In this document: positions 18,839 through 31,040 of the stretch, piece after piece | Position numbering within the stretch: position 1 is the first letter of the stretch | How the letters are laid out: each line of letters opens with the position of its first letter | NCBI RefSeq assembly: GCF_000485595.1 | Contig: NW_014577068.1 | Span: forward strand, 108,407 to 157,677 | From: Priapulus caudatus | Taxonomy: Eukaryota | Length of the DNA: 49,271 nucleotides | Direction: 5' to 3' | Position numbers and translations under genes: made by a program | Notes under the pieces: generated by a model | What the model was told of the DNA's origin: nothing | The model's input: the letters and a program-made list of their open reading frames with translations, nothing else | Databases searched by the model: none

Positions 18839-20752
18839 ATAATTACGTGGTGGTTTACTATTAGAGTTAGAGTCACACACCAGGGCGGTACTTTTTTTTA
18901 TTAGAGGGGGCTAAGCCACGTGTGGTGTGTTGTCGAGGCTGTTGACCATAATTGGTAATTTGGTGTTGGCACTGCTACGGTCATGGGGGGGGGGCAACTG
19001 CCCATGTGTCCCCCTCCGCTAGCTGCGTATATATACATACAATTTTGTTAAAACTATACGTCTGTAGAGAACACATACTCAGGAGTAACTAGATGTGAAA
19101 AATGATGATTCGAATGACTCACTACATACCTTATAGGCCTAAGCAAATCTTCCAAAAGTGCGATTGATTATAAAAAATTGATACATATCTGTGCCATGCC
19201 TGCTATATTCCTCTGCTAGAGGAAATCAGGTCCCATTTATATGGATTATACATGAGAGTATGTTTCTATAAAAATTGAAAGCCTTTACATTCTTTATAGG
19301 CTAATCTTATAGGCCCAATATAGGCTTCTTTATAGGCCCAATCTTCTCTACACCTCGATTTCCCACAACGCCGAATAAAATTATGTACAATTTTCTTCGA
19401 CATTCGACGGCGCTATAGTGTCGCGCATGAAAAGCAGTGTATAAAACTAAACAAGGTAGGTTACCTATACACGCGTATAGTTTTATACAATATTCTTATN
19501 NNNNNNNNNNNNNNNNNNNNNNNNNNNNNNNNNNNNNNNNNNNNNNNNNNNNNNNNNNNNNNNNNNNNNNNNNNNNNNNNNNNNNNNNNNNNNNNNNNNN
19601 NNNNNNNNNNNNNNNNNNNNNNNNNNNNNNNNNNNNNNNNNNNNNNNNNNNNNNNNNNNNNNNNNNNNNNNNNNNNNNNNNNNNNNNNNNNNNNNNNNNN
19701 NNNNNNNNNNNNNNNNNNNNNNNNNNNNNNNNNNNNNNNNNNNNNNNNNNNNNNNNNNNNNNNNNNNNNNNNNNNNNNNNNNNNNNNNNNNNNNNNNNNN
19801 NNNNNNNNNNNNNNNNNNNNNNNNNNNNNNNNNNNNNNNNNNNNNNNNNNNNNNNNNNNNNNNNNNNNNNNNNNNNNNNNNNNNNNNNNNNNNNNNNNNN
19901 NNNNNNNNNNNNNNNNNNNNNNNNNNNNNNNNNNNNNNNNNNNNNNNNNNNNNNNNNNNNNNNNNNNNNNNNNNNNNNNNNNNNNNNNNNNNNNNNNNNN
20001 NNNNNNNNNNNNNNNNNNNNNNNNNNNNNNNNNNNNNNNNNNNNNNNNNNNNNNNNNNNNNNNNNNNNNNNNNNNNNNNNNNNNNNNNNNNNNNNNNNNN
20101 NNNNNNNNNNNNNNNNNNNNNNNNNNNNNNNNNNNNNNNNNNNNNNNNNNNNNNNNNNNNNNNNNNNNNNNNNNNNNNNNNNNNNNNNNNNNNNNNNNNN
20201 NNNNNNNNNNNNNNNNNNNNNNNNNNNNNNNACGCGCGCGAGCGATTGCATGACCTCCGTTTGCGAGGAGGTAATTACGTGGTGGTTTACTATTAGAGTT
20301 GGAGTCACCACACCAGGGCGGTACTTTTTTATTAGAGGGGCTAAGCCACGTGTGGTGTGTGGTCGAGGCTGTTGACCATACGTAATTTGGTGTTGGCACT
20401 GCTACGGTCATGGGGGGGGGGCAACTGCCCATGTGTCCCCCTCCGCTAGCTGCGTATATATACATACAATTTTGTTAAAACTATACGTCTGCAGAGAGCA
20501 CATACTCAGGAGTAACTAGATGTGAAAAATGATGATTCAAATGACTCGCTACATACCTTATAGGCCTAGGCAAATCTTCCAAAAGTGCGATTGATTATAA
20601 AAAAAATTGATACGTATCTGTGCCATGCCCGCTATATTCCTGCTAGAGGAAATCAGGTCCCATTTATATGGATTATATGTTTTTAAAAAGAGAAGACATG
20701 AGAGTATGTTTCTATAAAAAAATTGAAAGCCTTTACATTCTTTATAGGCTAA
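18839..20752 (+). repeat. ~470-bp near-identical direct duplication on either side of an N-gap (18839-19305 and 20271-20752)
   Basis: Both begin taattacgtggtggtttactattagagtt and end attctttataggctaa; few substitutions and one ~19-bp indel. Confidence 0.9.
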
Positions 20753-21073
20753 GAGAGAGCGTGTACACGTACACAGAATACGTGTACATATACGTACTGA
20801 ACCGAGAGCGCACGCCGCACTCGAGATTTCATCGATTTTTGTCACAAATGACCCGGTGACCTGTGACGTCACACAACTCCTTGGCTAACTACGAACTGGC
20901 TTATTCTAAGAAAGAGTTTTGCTGTCGCCCTCATCCCAGCGGTGGTCACCCCTACACATTGAATAATGAACGCGACCGTTGCCGTGATGTGATGTGATGT
21001 GCAATGAGTGATGTGTGTTTGAGCACACACACACGCGCGCCCACACGCACAAGCATGCGCTCGCGCACACACA

Positions 21074-21109
<36 letters not shown>

Positions 21110-22481
21110 CATAGAGAGGGAGAGAGAGAATGAGAGAGTTTATGAATGTGCGTTAGTTCAACATGTCTTGATAATAAAACGAAAATTACATGATTAGTTA
21201 GTGATCTTTAGTGATCACATCGTGTTGCTCATGAAGAGAATAGTTCTACTAAAAATATAATTGTCGTAGTCAGAATGTGTGAAGGTTGTACATTTAGTCA
21301 AAAGTGCCTCAAATACCATCTCCTGCGATCTACATTTTCAAAATTTTCGGGAGAGGACCCCCAGACCCTCGCCTGTCTGCGTACACATCCATTTCACCAT
21401 AGCTACGCCCCTGAATAGTATATTTTTACCTGATAAACTGGGAACAGAGGCCACTTACCCCGTTACCCCATCTACTATCACAGTTTGTGCTCTTTTACTA
21501 CTCGATAGTGTAGAATTTGTGCATATATAACTTGAAACTATATTGTACAATGGCAACGTTTTGTATATAAAATCTAGTCATCAGAAATCCCATGACTCAT
21601 TCTCAGTCATCCAGTGACGCTTTTCAAAAATTCTGAAATGGCATCGTTGTCCGCAACACTTGGCCTTTAATTTTAATTGTATAGACATGTTCATGACGAG
21701 CAGTCCTGATGACGAGTATAATGCCGAATGGTTATGGTTAGCTTCCAAAGATAATCTGATAAACACAATACTTCGAATATTATGTTGTTTCAGTTTAATA
21801 CATGAACTTTATTGCTTAAATAATTTACGTTTATATCCAGTCATGAAGGTCATTTTGTTATTGTTAGGTTGAAAAATAGATTTCATTTATTTCTAACCAG
21901 AACCAATTTCGGTCACATTTTCAAAATTACAATTCAGTAATTTTCACAAATGTACCGTATAATAAAGTATATCATCACTATTGCTGCAAGAAATTAGAAT
22001 TCCTCAAATTATTGTCACTAATAGCTATATATAGATTCGTTCACACGTTACAAAACACATTCATGCAACAAGTAAATAGACTATATGTAAAATTAACGTT
22101 CCACATGAAGATAAAGGCAGTGCACATAAATTGTTTCATTCAGTAAGCATATTTCTATTTTTATTATTTAGTATTACTTCTAAACATAGCACACAAAACC
22201 TATATATAATATGGATATCACTACTATGACAAAATCACATGGTTCTGCTATATCACATGTTAACATTGTTCACCTAACCTACTGACAAATGGTTTTAATT
22301 TGTAGTCAATACTTATCTATAAGAAACATTCTAGGCTGAGCTATTGAAGCTACTGATAACCTAAAGACACGCAATAACTATTATGAACCTCCAGGTAAAG
22401 TAACTGCCCCTTTCAAACCACATTACAATTTGGTTTCGAATAAACCAGCTTCTACCTGTACTTTTCATGTTATTCTAGCTG

Positions 22482-22685
22482 CTAGTATCTACTCCAAATA
22501 AAGCCCAATCGTTTCAGTGAATTTTCAGAGCCATAAATATTATGCTTTATTTGATCGGTTGACCAGCGTTGGTAATTTGGCATGTTCAATCCTATTCCAT
22601 CGGATGACATGTAGCTGGGTCTGATACCTCCGCGGCCAGGAAATAAAGGACCACTACCGCCACCGACACCTTCCTGTGCTGCTAC
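22482..22685 (-). CDS. CFAP210: CFAP210/CCDC173 terminal exon
   Basis: tattcggtag| VAAQEGVGGGSGPLFPGRGGIRPSYMSSDGIGLNMPNYQRWSTDQIKHNIYGSENSLKRLGFIWSRY*; GGG.GP.F..RGG.RPSY and KRLGF.W are characteristic of the CCDC173 C-terminus. Confidence 0.88.
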   Translation of the reverse strand, partial: VAAQEGVGGGSGPLFPGRGGIRPSYMSSDGIGLNMPNYQRWSTDQIKHNIYGSENSLKRLGFIWSRY

Positions 22686-22799
22686 CTACCGAATAAAATA
22701 TCCAAGGCGTACAAAATAATGATGCTACGGTTGCTGCATAGTGCTTCCATCTATTGGCAGAAACAAACCGCTTCATCGGGTACACGATCGTATTTGTAC

Positions 22800-23382
22800 A
22801 CACCCATGTACACACGCACGCACGCACGCACGCACACACACGCACGCACATACATGATAACTGTATACGTGCGTGTGTGTGTGCGTTAGCGTGTGTATGC
22901 GTGCGTATGTGTGCGTTAGCGTGTTTATGCGTGCGTGTGTGGGCGTGTACGTGCGTGCGTGTGTGTGCGTTAACGTGTGTACGTGTGTGTGTACGTTAGC
23001 GTGTGTACGCGTGCGTGTGTGTGCGTTAGCGTGTGCATGCGTGCGTGCGTGTGTGTTCTTCTTGTGCATGCGTGCGTGTGTGTGCGTTAGCATTGGCGTG
23101 CGTGCGTGCGTGTGTGCGCGCGCGTGCGTTAGCGTCTGTGTGTGCGTGGGTGTGTGTGGGCCACGCTAACGCACACACACGCACGCATATACACACGCTA
23201 ACGCACACACACGCACGCATACACGCTAACGCACACACGCCCACACACACGCACGCGCACGCGCACGCGCACGCACACGCACACGCACACGCACACGCAC
23301 ACGCACACACACACACACACATACACACGCACACTAACGCACATGCTAATGCATACGAGAGATAGATAGAGAGAGGAGAGAG

Positions 23383-23426
<44 letters not shown>

Positions 23427-23560
23427 NNNNNNNNNNATAGATAGATAGATAGATAGATAGATAGATCGATAGATAGATTGATAGATAGATAGAAAGCTGA
23501 ACATATAGATAGATGGATTTATAGCTAGGGGAATAGATGAATGGACAAACAGATAGATAG
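22800..23560. repeat. Compound microsatellite: GT-rich arm, inverted CA-rich arm with repeated gcgttagc/gctaacgc, then (GA)n, a gap and (GATA)n
   Basis: Visible; polarity switches at ~23160 (gtgtgggccacgctaac). Confidence 0.88.
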
Positions 23561-25533
23561 AGTAAAAGAGAATGAGGGTTTGCCGTGATTGTAAATGCGG
23601 TAATGTACGTACCGCGATCTAAGAAAATTTGTAATTTTGTAATAACATGTATAAGACGAGCTAAAAAGGACTTGTTAAAGGGGAGCTATGGGGGGGGGCA
23701 AAATAGGCTAAAAAAGAAAAGTAGGCTCTATTAAGTCTGTGGGCGCTACAAGGTTAGTGTAGCACGAATATAGCAATGTACGTAAGTAAGAGGTGGTGGG
23801 TATGGGTACATCGCCATTTACGCTCATCAAGCACGAAATATCTCTTCCTTGACTTTCTCGGTATTTCCATCGCGTCTTCCCAAAAGCCTATTACAGATGT
23901 CTATTATTGCCTATCCCTCACAATTTTGAAAAAAAGGGGCTCACGCGTATCGATTTGGATCTACTTGAAAATTAGCTCATGTCTTGCGTTCAAGACTACT
24001 AGATGCTTCTCTTTCACGCAGTACTAGCAGAGAGCAAACATCGTTTCGCAATAGTTAAGCTGAGGTTCACCAGCCGCGTGACGTTTCTAGACGCGTAGTC
24101 CAGCGAAACATCAACAAACTTGATATGCGATGCCCTGCGTACGGCTTCGGTGCTGTTGGCATTAGGCGGAAAGCTCTGAGCCAGACGTCGCGGTGCATGG
24201 ATTACTGTAAAGTCATAATAACGTTGTCTGGTTATTAGCATAAAATGTTAGCATGCGATGCGAAGAATAGCACGTATATGTGTTGCATTTTGTAGACAAA
24301 CCGTGAGGTCTACTGGCATAAGTCATTTGAATCGACTTAGACTCGATCAATATAGCGTCCATCAGTATTGCAGTTATACAGATACATCTCCATGCAGGTC
24401 GCTATCACGCTTCAGCATACAACGAGAGACCTTACTCGCTTGTGCACTCCTTTCTGTTAGTGCGTTTCTAACTTCTGTGGTTATTTTTCCTTGTTTATTT
24501 TTATTTTTTCTGCGCTTCTTAGATCTGGATACCGTGTGTCTTAGCAGGATCATTCGCATTTTTACGTAAAAAATCACTCAATTTATATCAAATCGATCTC
24601 GTGTTAGTTTTTGCTGCCTATCCGAACAGTACAGTACAATTCATATTCGTTAATAATGTTATCCATTTTCATAGTTTTGCTGCTGCCCTCGTTATCATGG
24701 CGCATCTTGAGCGTGCTTTTGATTTTAGTTGATGTGACAATTAATTTTCTTCGTATTAAAACATAGAGAGTTAATGCGGCATGTGTACTGCTCACTGCTT
24801 TTGGCCGTTTATCGTCATCAGAGAGCGAGAGAAGAAGAGAAGGCTATTAGGCACTTTAAAAAGTATGAGCAACGAAGCTAGACGACAGAGTATTTATCAT
24901 AATCGCGAATAATTATCGTCCATTTTAAAACGTATTAATGGGTTTAGGTCGAATGCTAGAGAGTCGTGCTTGATTGAAAAGCTGCCCGCTAACATGCGTT
25001 GCAATTTGCCTGCAAAGTGAGTATTAGGAGTATTGATTGACAGGGATATAATGAAACCACATTACACTAGAAAGTGCATGATTCAAAATTACATACGACA
25101 ACAACATTGACCTAATATGCCGAGTAGTATTATTGTATCTCAATTATGTCTACATACGCGACGTATGTGTGATTGTCCAACAAGCCTCAGCTAATGATCT
25201 ACGAACCTTCTGAGGTTCGATATCATTTTGAATTATGTCCCAGATCTGCGTAATTTTGATTGAGCAATCTCTGGCAATTTGTTGGTTGCGAGGAAATTAA
25301 GGGCATGGCAACTATGGATGCCGTTTATAGCCGTAGCGTACGCATGTTTCTTTTTTCTGTTTTGGAGGGTTAATTTCTATTCTGATACATATGACGTCTT
25401 CATCGCTATCGTCGTCTACAGTTTCTATTTTCCATCTGATTTGTCCTCTTTCTTGTTTTCTTCTTATTCTTTTTTCTCGATTACAAAACAAGGTTGCGTG
25501 TGGTAGGACTACATAGGCACACACAAGAGACTT
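23440..25533 (+). repeat. Unclassified ~2.1-kb repeated segment, copy A (clean), in the last CFAP210 intron
   Basis: Reverse-complement matches to ~31878-34430 and ~35951-37735 along its length, e.g. gtaagtaagaggtggtgggtatggg and aagactactagatgcttctctttcacgc. Confidence 0.85.
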
Positions 25534-26077
25534 AATAGCATATTTGCTACACAGTAAGTGTCAATAAGTTATACACAACTAATGAACATTAAATGCATGA
25601 CAAAATCGGATAGCTGCCTTGGTCTCCACGCTAGCTGACTGTTTGAGAAAGCTATATCTAATTGGTGCATATAATAGCCAATGACTATTTAATAGATAGC
25701 AACCAGCCCCCCTGGCTGTTACATAAACACGTGAAATTAATACATGGAATAAAGGTAATTTAATTAGAAGTGCATGAATAATGAATTACATATCATCAAA
25801 TTGTTTCTTAATTTGTTTTCCAATTGGAAATTGTTGTGTTATACATTAGCATAAGTTTTAACTTGAGCAATCGGTTCATTTCTTGAAAGTACAAGTTTAG
25901 CTCAGCTGTTGAGGGTAAGATCGCCCCCATTTTTTATATGATTATTGTAAATGAAGAGGTGGGTGATATGGGATAAAATTTGACATTTGACCGTAAACAT
26001 TAAAAAAAATTTATATTTATGTGCTAATTTATTGACAATAATAATAGGTTACTGCTGGTAAACTGCTCACACAGTAC

Positions 26078-26197
26078 CTTCATTTCTTTGGCTTTTCTTA
26101 TCACCATCATTCGTTTATGGTTTTCTTCCAGCTCCTGTTCCACTTGCAACTTCTGTTGCTTTTTCTCTTGCTCTCTAGCATGAAACAGCATGTCTGC
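26078..26197 (-). CDS. CFAP210: CFAP210 exon 6 (alternative in-phase donor would end it at 26105)
   Basis: atttttag| ADMLFHAREQEKKQQKLQVEQELEENHKRMM(VIRKAKEMK) |gtactg; coiled-coil composition, phase 0. Confidence 0.8.
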
Positions 26198-26888
26198 CTA
26201 AAAATAATTAAACATATATTCATCAATACTAAATTCTACACTTAGAACTAGTGCTACAGAGCATCAGGTGCAAATCCGACACGTACAGATAGGATGTTGC
26301 TGCTGCTGCCGCTGCTGCTGTTTCTGCTGCTGCTGTTTTATTGAATATGGCTAACCTGCTTACAATTCTGCTACTATAGATAAGATCAATGATACTGCTA
26401 TTGCTGCAGCTCTCATTGCTATAGCTGTTGTTACAAATAACCACGAATATAATTTAACAGTGACTTTAGTTTCCACAATTCCAGATGTCAGATGACAATG
26501 TCAGATAATAGAAAAAGCCACAATGCAATATGAATACTTACTATATAAGCAAAACAATCACATGCCAGAATGGGCAACAATGCTATACCCTTAACTATGT
26601 CGCTCGCATGTGCGTGACAAAAGATAATAAAACCATTAAGCAGACAATCTTTAAAATTCAATTAGCTAAAATCATGTAAATATTTAACGGTGTTGTTACT
26701 AAAACCTGACGTGTCAGCAAACTGTCGACCACCACTCAATGATATCTGCCTGAGAAGAAGTAGTTGAAGTTTTATACTGTGTAAATGCTATGCTAGCATC
26801 ATGTCATTAGAGCATGCTTTCAGATCAACTTATGGTAACATGTACAGCACAATAGAATTAACACATTCTTGCAATAATCCTGACTAAC

Positions 26889-27092
26889 CTGCCGTCTCTC
26901 CAGAAGACCTTCCTTTGCTCTGACATATTCCTCAGCCAACAGTCTCTCCTTTTCCTTCACTTGACTGATCCGGTTTTCTGTCATCTCCTGTTCCTCTCTT
27001 ATCCACTTCTCCTGTTTCAGTTTTTCAGCTGAAATGTACTTGCCTTCAAGCTTCTCAACTGCTCTTGCCAAACGCTGTTCCTCATTTCCTGC
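26889..27092 (-). CDS. CFAP210: CFAP210 exon 5
   Basis: ctgcag| AGNEEQRLARAVEKLEGK...EGLLERRQ |gttagt; 204 nt, phase 0/0. Confidence 0.88.
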
Positions 27093-27394
27093 CTGCAGAC
27101 GATATACACTCACTCACTAGGCTTAGTTTCCAGCAGCTAGCCAAAATGTAAAGAAAAGCTTTTATACCAAATAACAACAACACGCGATGGCATATATGTG
27201 ACGGTAAACAAAATTCCTGCCGCGACAAGTTCTATTTTACTAATTGCCATGCTTACAGACAGGATATAGATACTCAGTGCTGACATCTTATGACCAATAA
27301 TGCTCAGACAATTGCAGAATGTTTCAATCTACATGGAATACAAGGATCGTCAGTATTCATTAATGTCTACTATTGTGCAAACCTCGGGGAACTT

Positions 27395-27608
27395 CCCAGA
27401 TAACATGCTGACTTTAACATGCTTTTACTTTGACAGATAACAGGCTTTTTGCTCAGCGTGCCAACGTTGGACCCAACGTTGGCCCACCGTTGGCCCAACG
27501 CTGACCTAACAGCAGTCAGCCAACGTTGGCCCAACGTCATATTGCCAACCGTGACCGTGCCAATTAACCAAATGCCAACGTTGGCCCAACGTAAGCATGC
27601 TATCTGGG
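27395..27608. mobile_element. MITE with CCCAG termini and internal ccaacgttgg palindromes
   Basis: TIRs cccagataacatgct / agcatgctatctggg, TT on both flanks (possible 2-bp target duplication). Confidence 0.8.
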
Positions 27609-27629
27609 TTACTAGTAAAATTTACTTAC

Positions 27630-27745
27630 CTTCTTCTTCAATTGTTCAGCCAAGAGAACTACCATCTTCTCTCTCTGTTCTTGTCGCCTTTTGTATAACT
27701 CAAGCTCCTTTTCCTTTCGCATTTCAGCAATCTTTTGTTTAGCCT
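27630..27745 (-). CDS. CFAP210: CFAP210 exon 4
   Basis: ttacatag| (K)AKQKIAEMRKEKELELYKRRQEQREKMVVLLAEQLKKK |gtaagt; phase 1/0. Confidence 0.88.
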
Positions 27746-28279
27746 CTATGTAAAATTTAACATGAACATGTATTGTAACACAATTTCACTGAAAAATAAT
27801 TTAGTAGTTACATTGAATTTTGTGAATTCACATAATTATTTTAATAATTATTTAATCATTGTAACGTTTTATATGCAGCAGAGTCTTAAAAACTGTTTTT
27901 ACAGCGTTTTCACCAAGGGAAAGAGTATGTGCTGTAAAAAAAATAAGCAGGTGACTATTTTTCTTGGAACTTTCACTACATTTCACTACCACTCAATGTA
28001 TAAATAATTGCAACAAAGTTTTGCAGTGTCCTATAAGTATTTTCAAGCCTGTTTTACCTTGACTAAAATCATTCTTCATCATGACATAAAATCATGACTA
28101 AGGGCATTTTCAATAGCAATTTATCAGAAAAAAGTCAGAAAGTTTCACCATTGTAAGGCTTGATTTCAGGTACTAAAGATAAAAGTATCCTAATTATTAA
28201 AACACTGTTCTACGATAATTGAAATAATGGCACCTGCTGGCATCTAAAAAGTTTGCACTGTCTGCGTTATTCAACCTAC

Positions 28280-28445
28280 TTGCAAAAATGTGCATTTCCA
28301 TCTCCTCCTCATCAAGCTGCTGCTTCTCTATCAGCTGTAATTGCTCTTTATCTCGGATGTTTTGTCGATATGCTAGCATCAAGTCCAACTTTTCTTGTTT
28401 TTTCTTTTCTGCCTTTCTGTCCACCACTGCCAGATATGTCTTAAT
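28280..28445 (-). CDS. CFAP210: CFAP210 exon 3
   Basis: tttttag| IKTYLAVVDRKAEKKKQEK...EEEMEMHIFA |gtaggt; 166 nt, phase 0/1. Confidence 0.88.
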
Positions 28446-28559
28446 CTAAAAATGTATTAACAATGACCAATTACTTCACTGACTATGATACAAGCACATT
28501 GAATACACGTCAATGTCAATTCACTCACGGCAACTCGTATAAAATAACATGAATATTAG

Positions 28560-28999
28560 GTATTAGTGCATGACGTGATAAATCGCTGCAATCTCATTGG
28601 ATAACGCAGCAGGCACTATGAAGCGATAGTGCCCGCCTGAGCGGGCACTATCGATTGCGCGACGCATTGTTATTATAACGCATTGTGTTTACGTCACGAA
28701 TCTCCTGCGTCTGGGCGCCACGCAAGAGTAATTTCGAACGGCGGTTGTGTTTGTGTCGAACGTTTTGTTACATCGAATGCACCGGCAAATTAGGGAGTAT
28801 AAAGAAGGTATATACGCATGAAAAGTAGATTGCATAGTCATGTGATGCACTAAAAACATTAATGCCTGCTGTTGGGGGCACTATGCTCTCATAGTGTTGC
28901 TTTGGGAAGGAATAGTGCCCTCGCTACCGCTCGGGCACTATTCCTTCCCTCAGCAACACTATGCATGAGAGCATAGTGCCCCCAACAGCAGGCATTAAT
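28560..28999. mobile_element. Foldback element: short inverted repeats plus a long terminal hairpin
   Basis: ttagtgcat (~28563) / atgcactaa (~28853); internal palindrome cgatagtgcccgc-ctga-gcgggcactatcg; near-perfect ~140-nt hairpin at 28858-28999. Confidence 0.7.
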
Positions 29000-29028
29000 A
29001 TATAAATAACACAAAAATTCAAATTTAC

Positions 29029-29202
29029 TTTGCCGAGTGTTTCTTTCCCTTCTTCCGCAGCTTTTACTCTCTCCAGCTCAAGCTTCTCCTGCTTAATCTG
29101 CCTTTGCATAGCTTGAGCTTCAGCAGCCTCCTTCCGAGCCTGTAGTCTCTCCTGCAGTGTTTGCAGGTCCTTCTGTTTTTCTTCCTCAAGACGACGTTTC
29201 AC
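29029..29202 (-). CDS. CFAP210: CFAP210 exon 2
   Basis: cttcaag| VKRRLEEEKQKDLQ...AEEGKETLGK |gtaaat; 174 nt, phase 0/0. Confidence 0.87.
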
Positions 29203-29308
29203 CTTGAAGTACAGATTAAGCCAAGATATACATGACAAATCTATATTTTATATGTATCTGAAGATATCTGAAGAGACTCAAGAACATTTTTATTTTCATC
29301 CATGATTT

Positions 29309-29663
29309 CAGAGCTGCCAACATTGGGTGATAGGTGAGAGTGAGATGCGAGGGAGCGAAGCGACCGAGCAGGGGTGGGCGTGGGAGGGGGTTTTCCCCCC
29401 TCTCACGGTAGGGAGCTTTTGCAATTTATAACTTCAATTTGTGCAATTTGGTGCATACTAAAGTGACTGTTTTCAGATATTCTAAGATTTTTGTTTGCTG
29501 TGCGTGAGATATTTCAGCGCTTTATTCATGAAGGGATATTCATGCGTGAGATATCTCAGCATTTTTTTGCTGTGCGTGAGATATTCTAAGATCAGCGTGA
29601 GAGCGTGAGATTTGGTCAACATGCGTGAGTCACACGGTCAATGCGTGAGAGTTGGCAGCCCTG
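29309..29663. mobile_element. hAT-type MITE
   Basis: TIRs cagagctgccaac / gttggcagccctg; repeated gcgtgaga subterminal motifs; tgattt on both flanks. Confidence 0.82.
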
Positions 29664-29727
29664 TGATTTGCTATCACGACTCGAGATTGCCAATGTCAAT
29701 GATATCAACAGTAAGATAATAACCCAC

Positions 29728-29862
29728 TTATCTTACTCTTGATGATATATACACTATACAGTACAAGCTATGTCACAAATAATATTGATGGTTATTATCT
29801 TACTCTTGATGATATACATAATACAGTACTCAGTAGGCTACAAGCTATGTCACAAATAATAA
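29728..29862 (+). repeat. Two-copy ~65-bp tandem duplication
   Basis: ttatcttactcttgatgatata...tacaagctatgtcacaaataata occurs twice. Confidence 0.8.
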
Positions 29863-29891
29863 TAAGAATTCATTATACAGTATACACATGC

Positions 29892-30452
29892 CTCCTCCAA
29901 GTAGACGTTTTCCCTTGCATTGTTCGTGCTCGCCTGTGCCCTTTTTAGCTCTATTTGTTTGTCTCTCTCCTTCAGCACATCTGCTAACAGCAGTGCGCCA
30001 TGAAACTTCTTCACGCGATCAATTTGAAAGTATTGTTGCATCTTTGCTTTATCAATCGCCACTTTGCGCTTCTCAGCTTGATATTTTGCTTCTTTGATAT
30101 CAATTTGCCTTCTCTCTTCTTCATCTTTTTGCTCGCGAATTGTGCGAGCTTCCAGTTTCTTCTGCCTAAGTCCGGCGATCGTGTTGGTCCAGTTTTTAAC
30201 CATGTTTTTTGACATATTCCTTAACGCTTCCCGCTCGCTGCGGTTAATTTCCGACAGGTCAGCATCCCTGGTTGGCTTGCTCAAACTTTCTTGGATTCGT
30301 TGCCAGTCAGCTACAGGAAAAGTATATGACTGCGATAACCTTTGATTTGCAGTTGCACCGCCACCGGTCATGGACGGAGATTGTAGAGCAACGCCACGAA
30401 TGTGTTCAGGTTTCATACTAGTACTACTAGTACTTGCTATTGCTGACGCCAT
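29892..30452 (-). CDS. CFAP210: CFAP210/CCDC173 exon 1
   Basis: MASAIAST...DWQRIQESL...SKNMVKNWTNTIAGLRQKKLEAR...QIDIKEAKYQAEKRKVAIDKAKMQQYFQIDRVKKFHGALLLADVLKERDKQIELK...YLEE; the W.NTI.G.R.KKL and DRVK.FH.ALLL..VLKER motifs are typical of CCDC173; donor GAG|gcatgt. Confidence 0.9.
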
Positions 30453-30555
30453 TGTGCACAGCCAAGCGAACACCGTCTATTTTACTGTAATATCACATAT
30501 CTTCTAACACCAACCCGTCTTCTCCGTTACCCACAACAAGAGAATCCTGTTTCAT

Positions 30556-30588
30556 GCGACCACGGCAACCGCGTAGTGACGGTAAACA
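30556..30588. promoter_or_regulatory. Candidate RFX X-box (30556-30569) and forkhead/FOXJ1-type GTAAACA (30582-30588) upstream of CFAP210
   Basis: The minus strand reads GTTGCCgtGGTCGC (one perfect half-site of GTTGCCATGGCAAC), 104-117 bp before the ATG. Confidence 0.55.
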
Positions 30589-30864
30589 TTCAGTGAGTGG
30601 TACGATTACTACGCCATCTGCAGTTTTATTTATTTATTAAATATAAGCATTCCGTTATATTATATTAATAATTAATGTGTCTATTAATTAATAACGTACT
30701 TAGTCGTGATAAATAATGTTGAGGTATAGTTGTCTGGGGAACACATATGACGCAAATCACTCGTTATTATATTAATGGTTAACAGAATTGCATCCTTCCA
30801 TGTAGAAATGCCCAACTACTGTTTTCCTGCAATATGCTATATATTATTATACGCGTTGCTGCAT

Positions 30865-31028
30865 CTACACACGGACACGCACGCACACACACGCGCGCGC
30901 GCGCACGCACGCACGCACGCACGCACGCACACACATCCATCCATCCATCCATCCATCCATCCATCCATCCATCCATCCATCCATCCATCCATCCATCCAT
31001 TCATTCATTCATTCATCCAGTCATCCAT
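30865..31028. repeat. (CA/GCAC)n then (CCAT)n(TCAT)n microsatellite
   Basis: Visible. Confidence 0.92.
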
Positions 31029-31040
31029 TTATGCACTAAA

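Noticed and set aside
21705..21732. ctgatga...gaa as a hammerhead ribozyme
   Set aside because: No GAAA core or supporting stems could be found.
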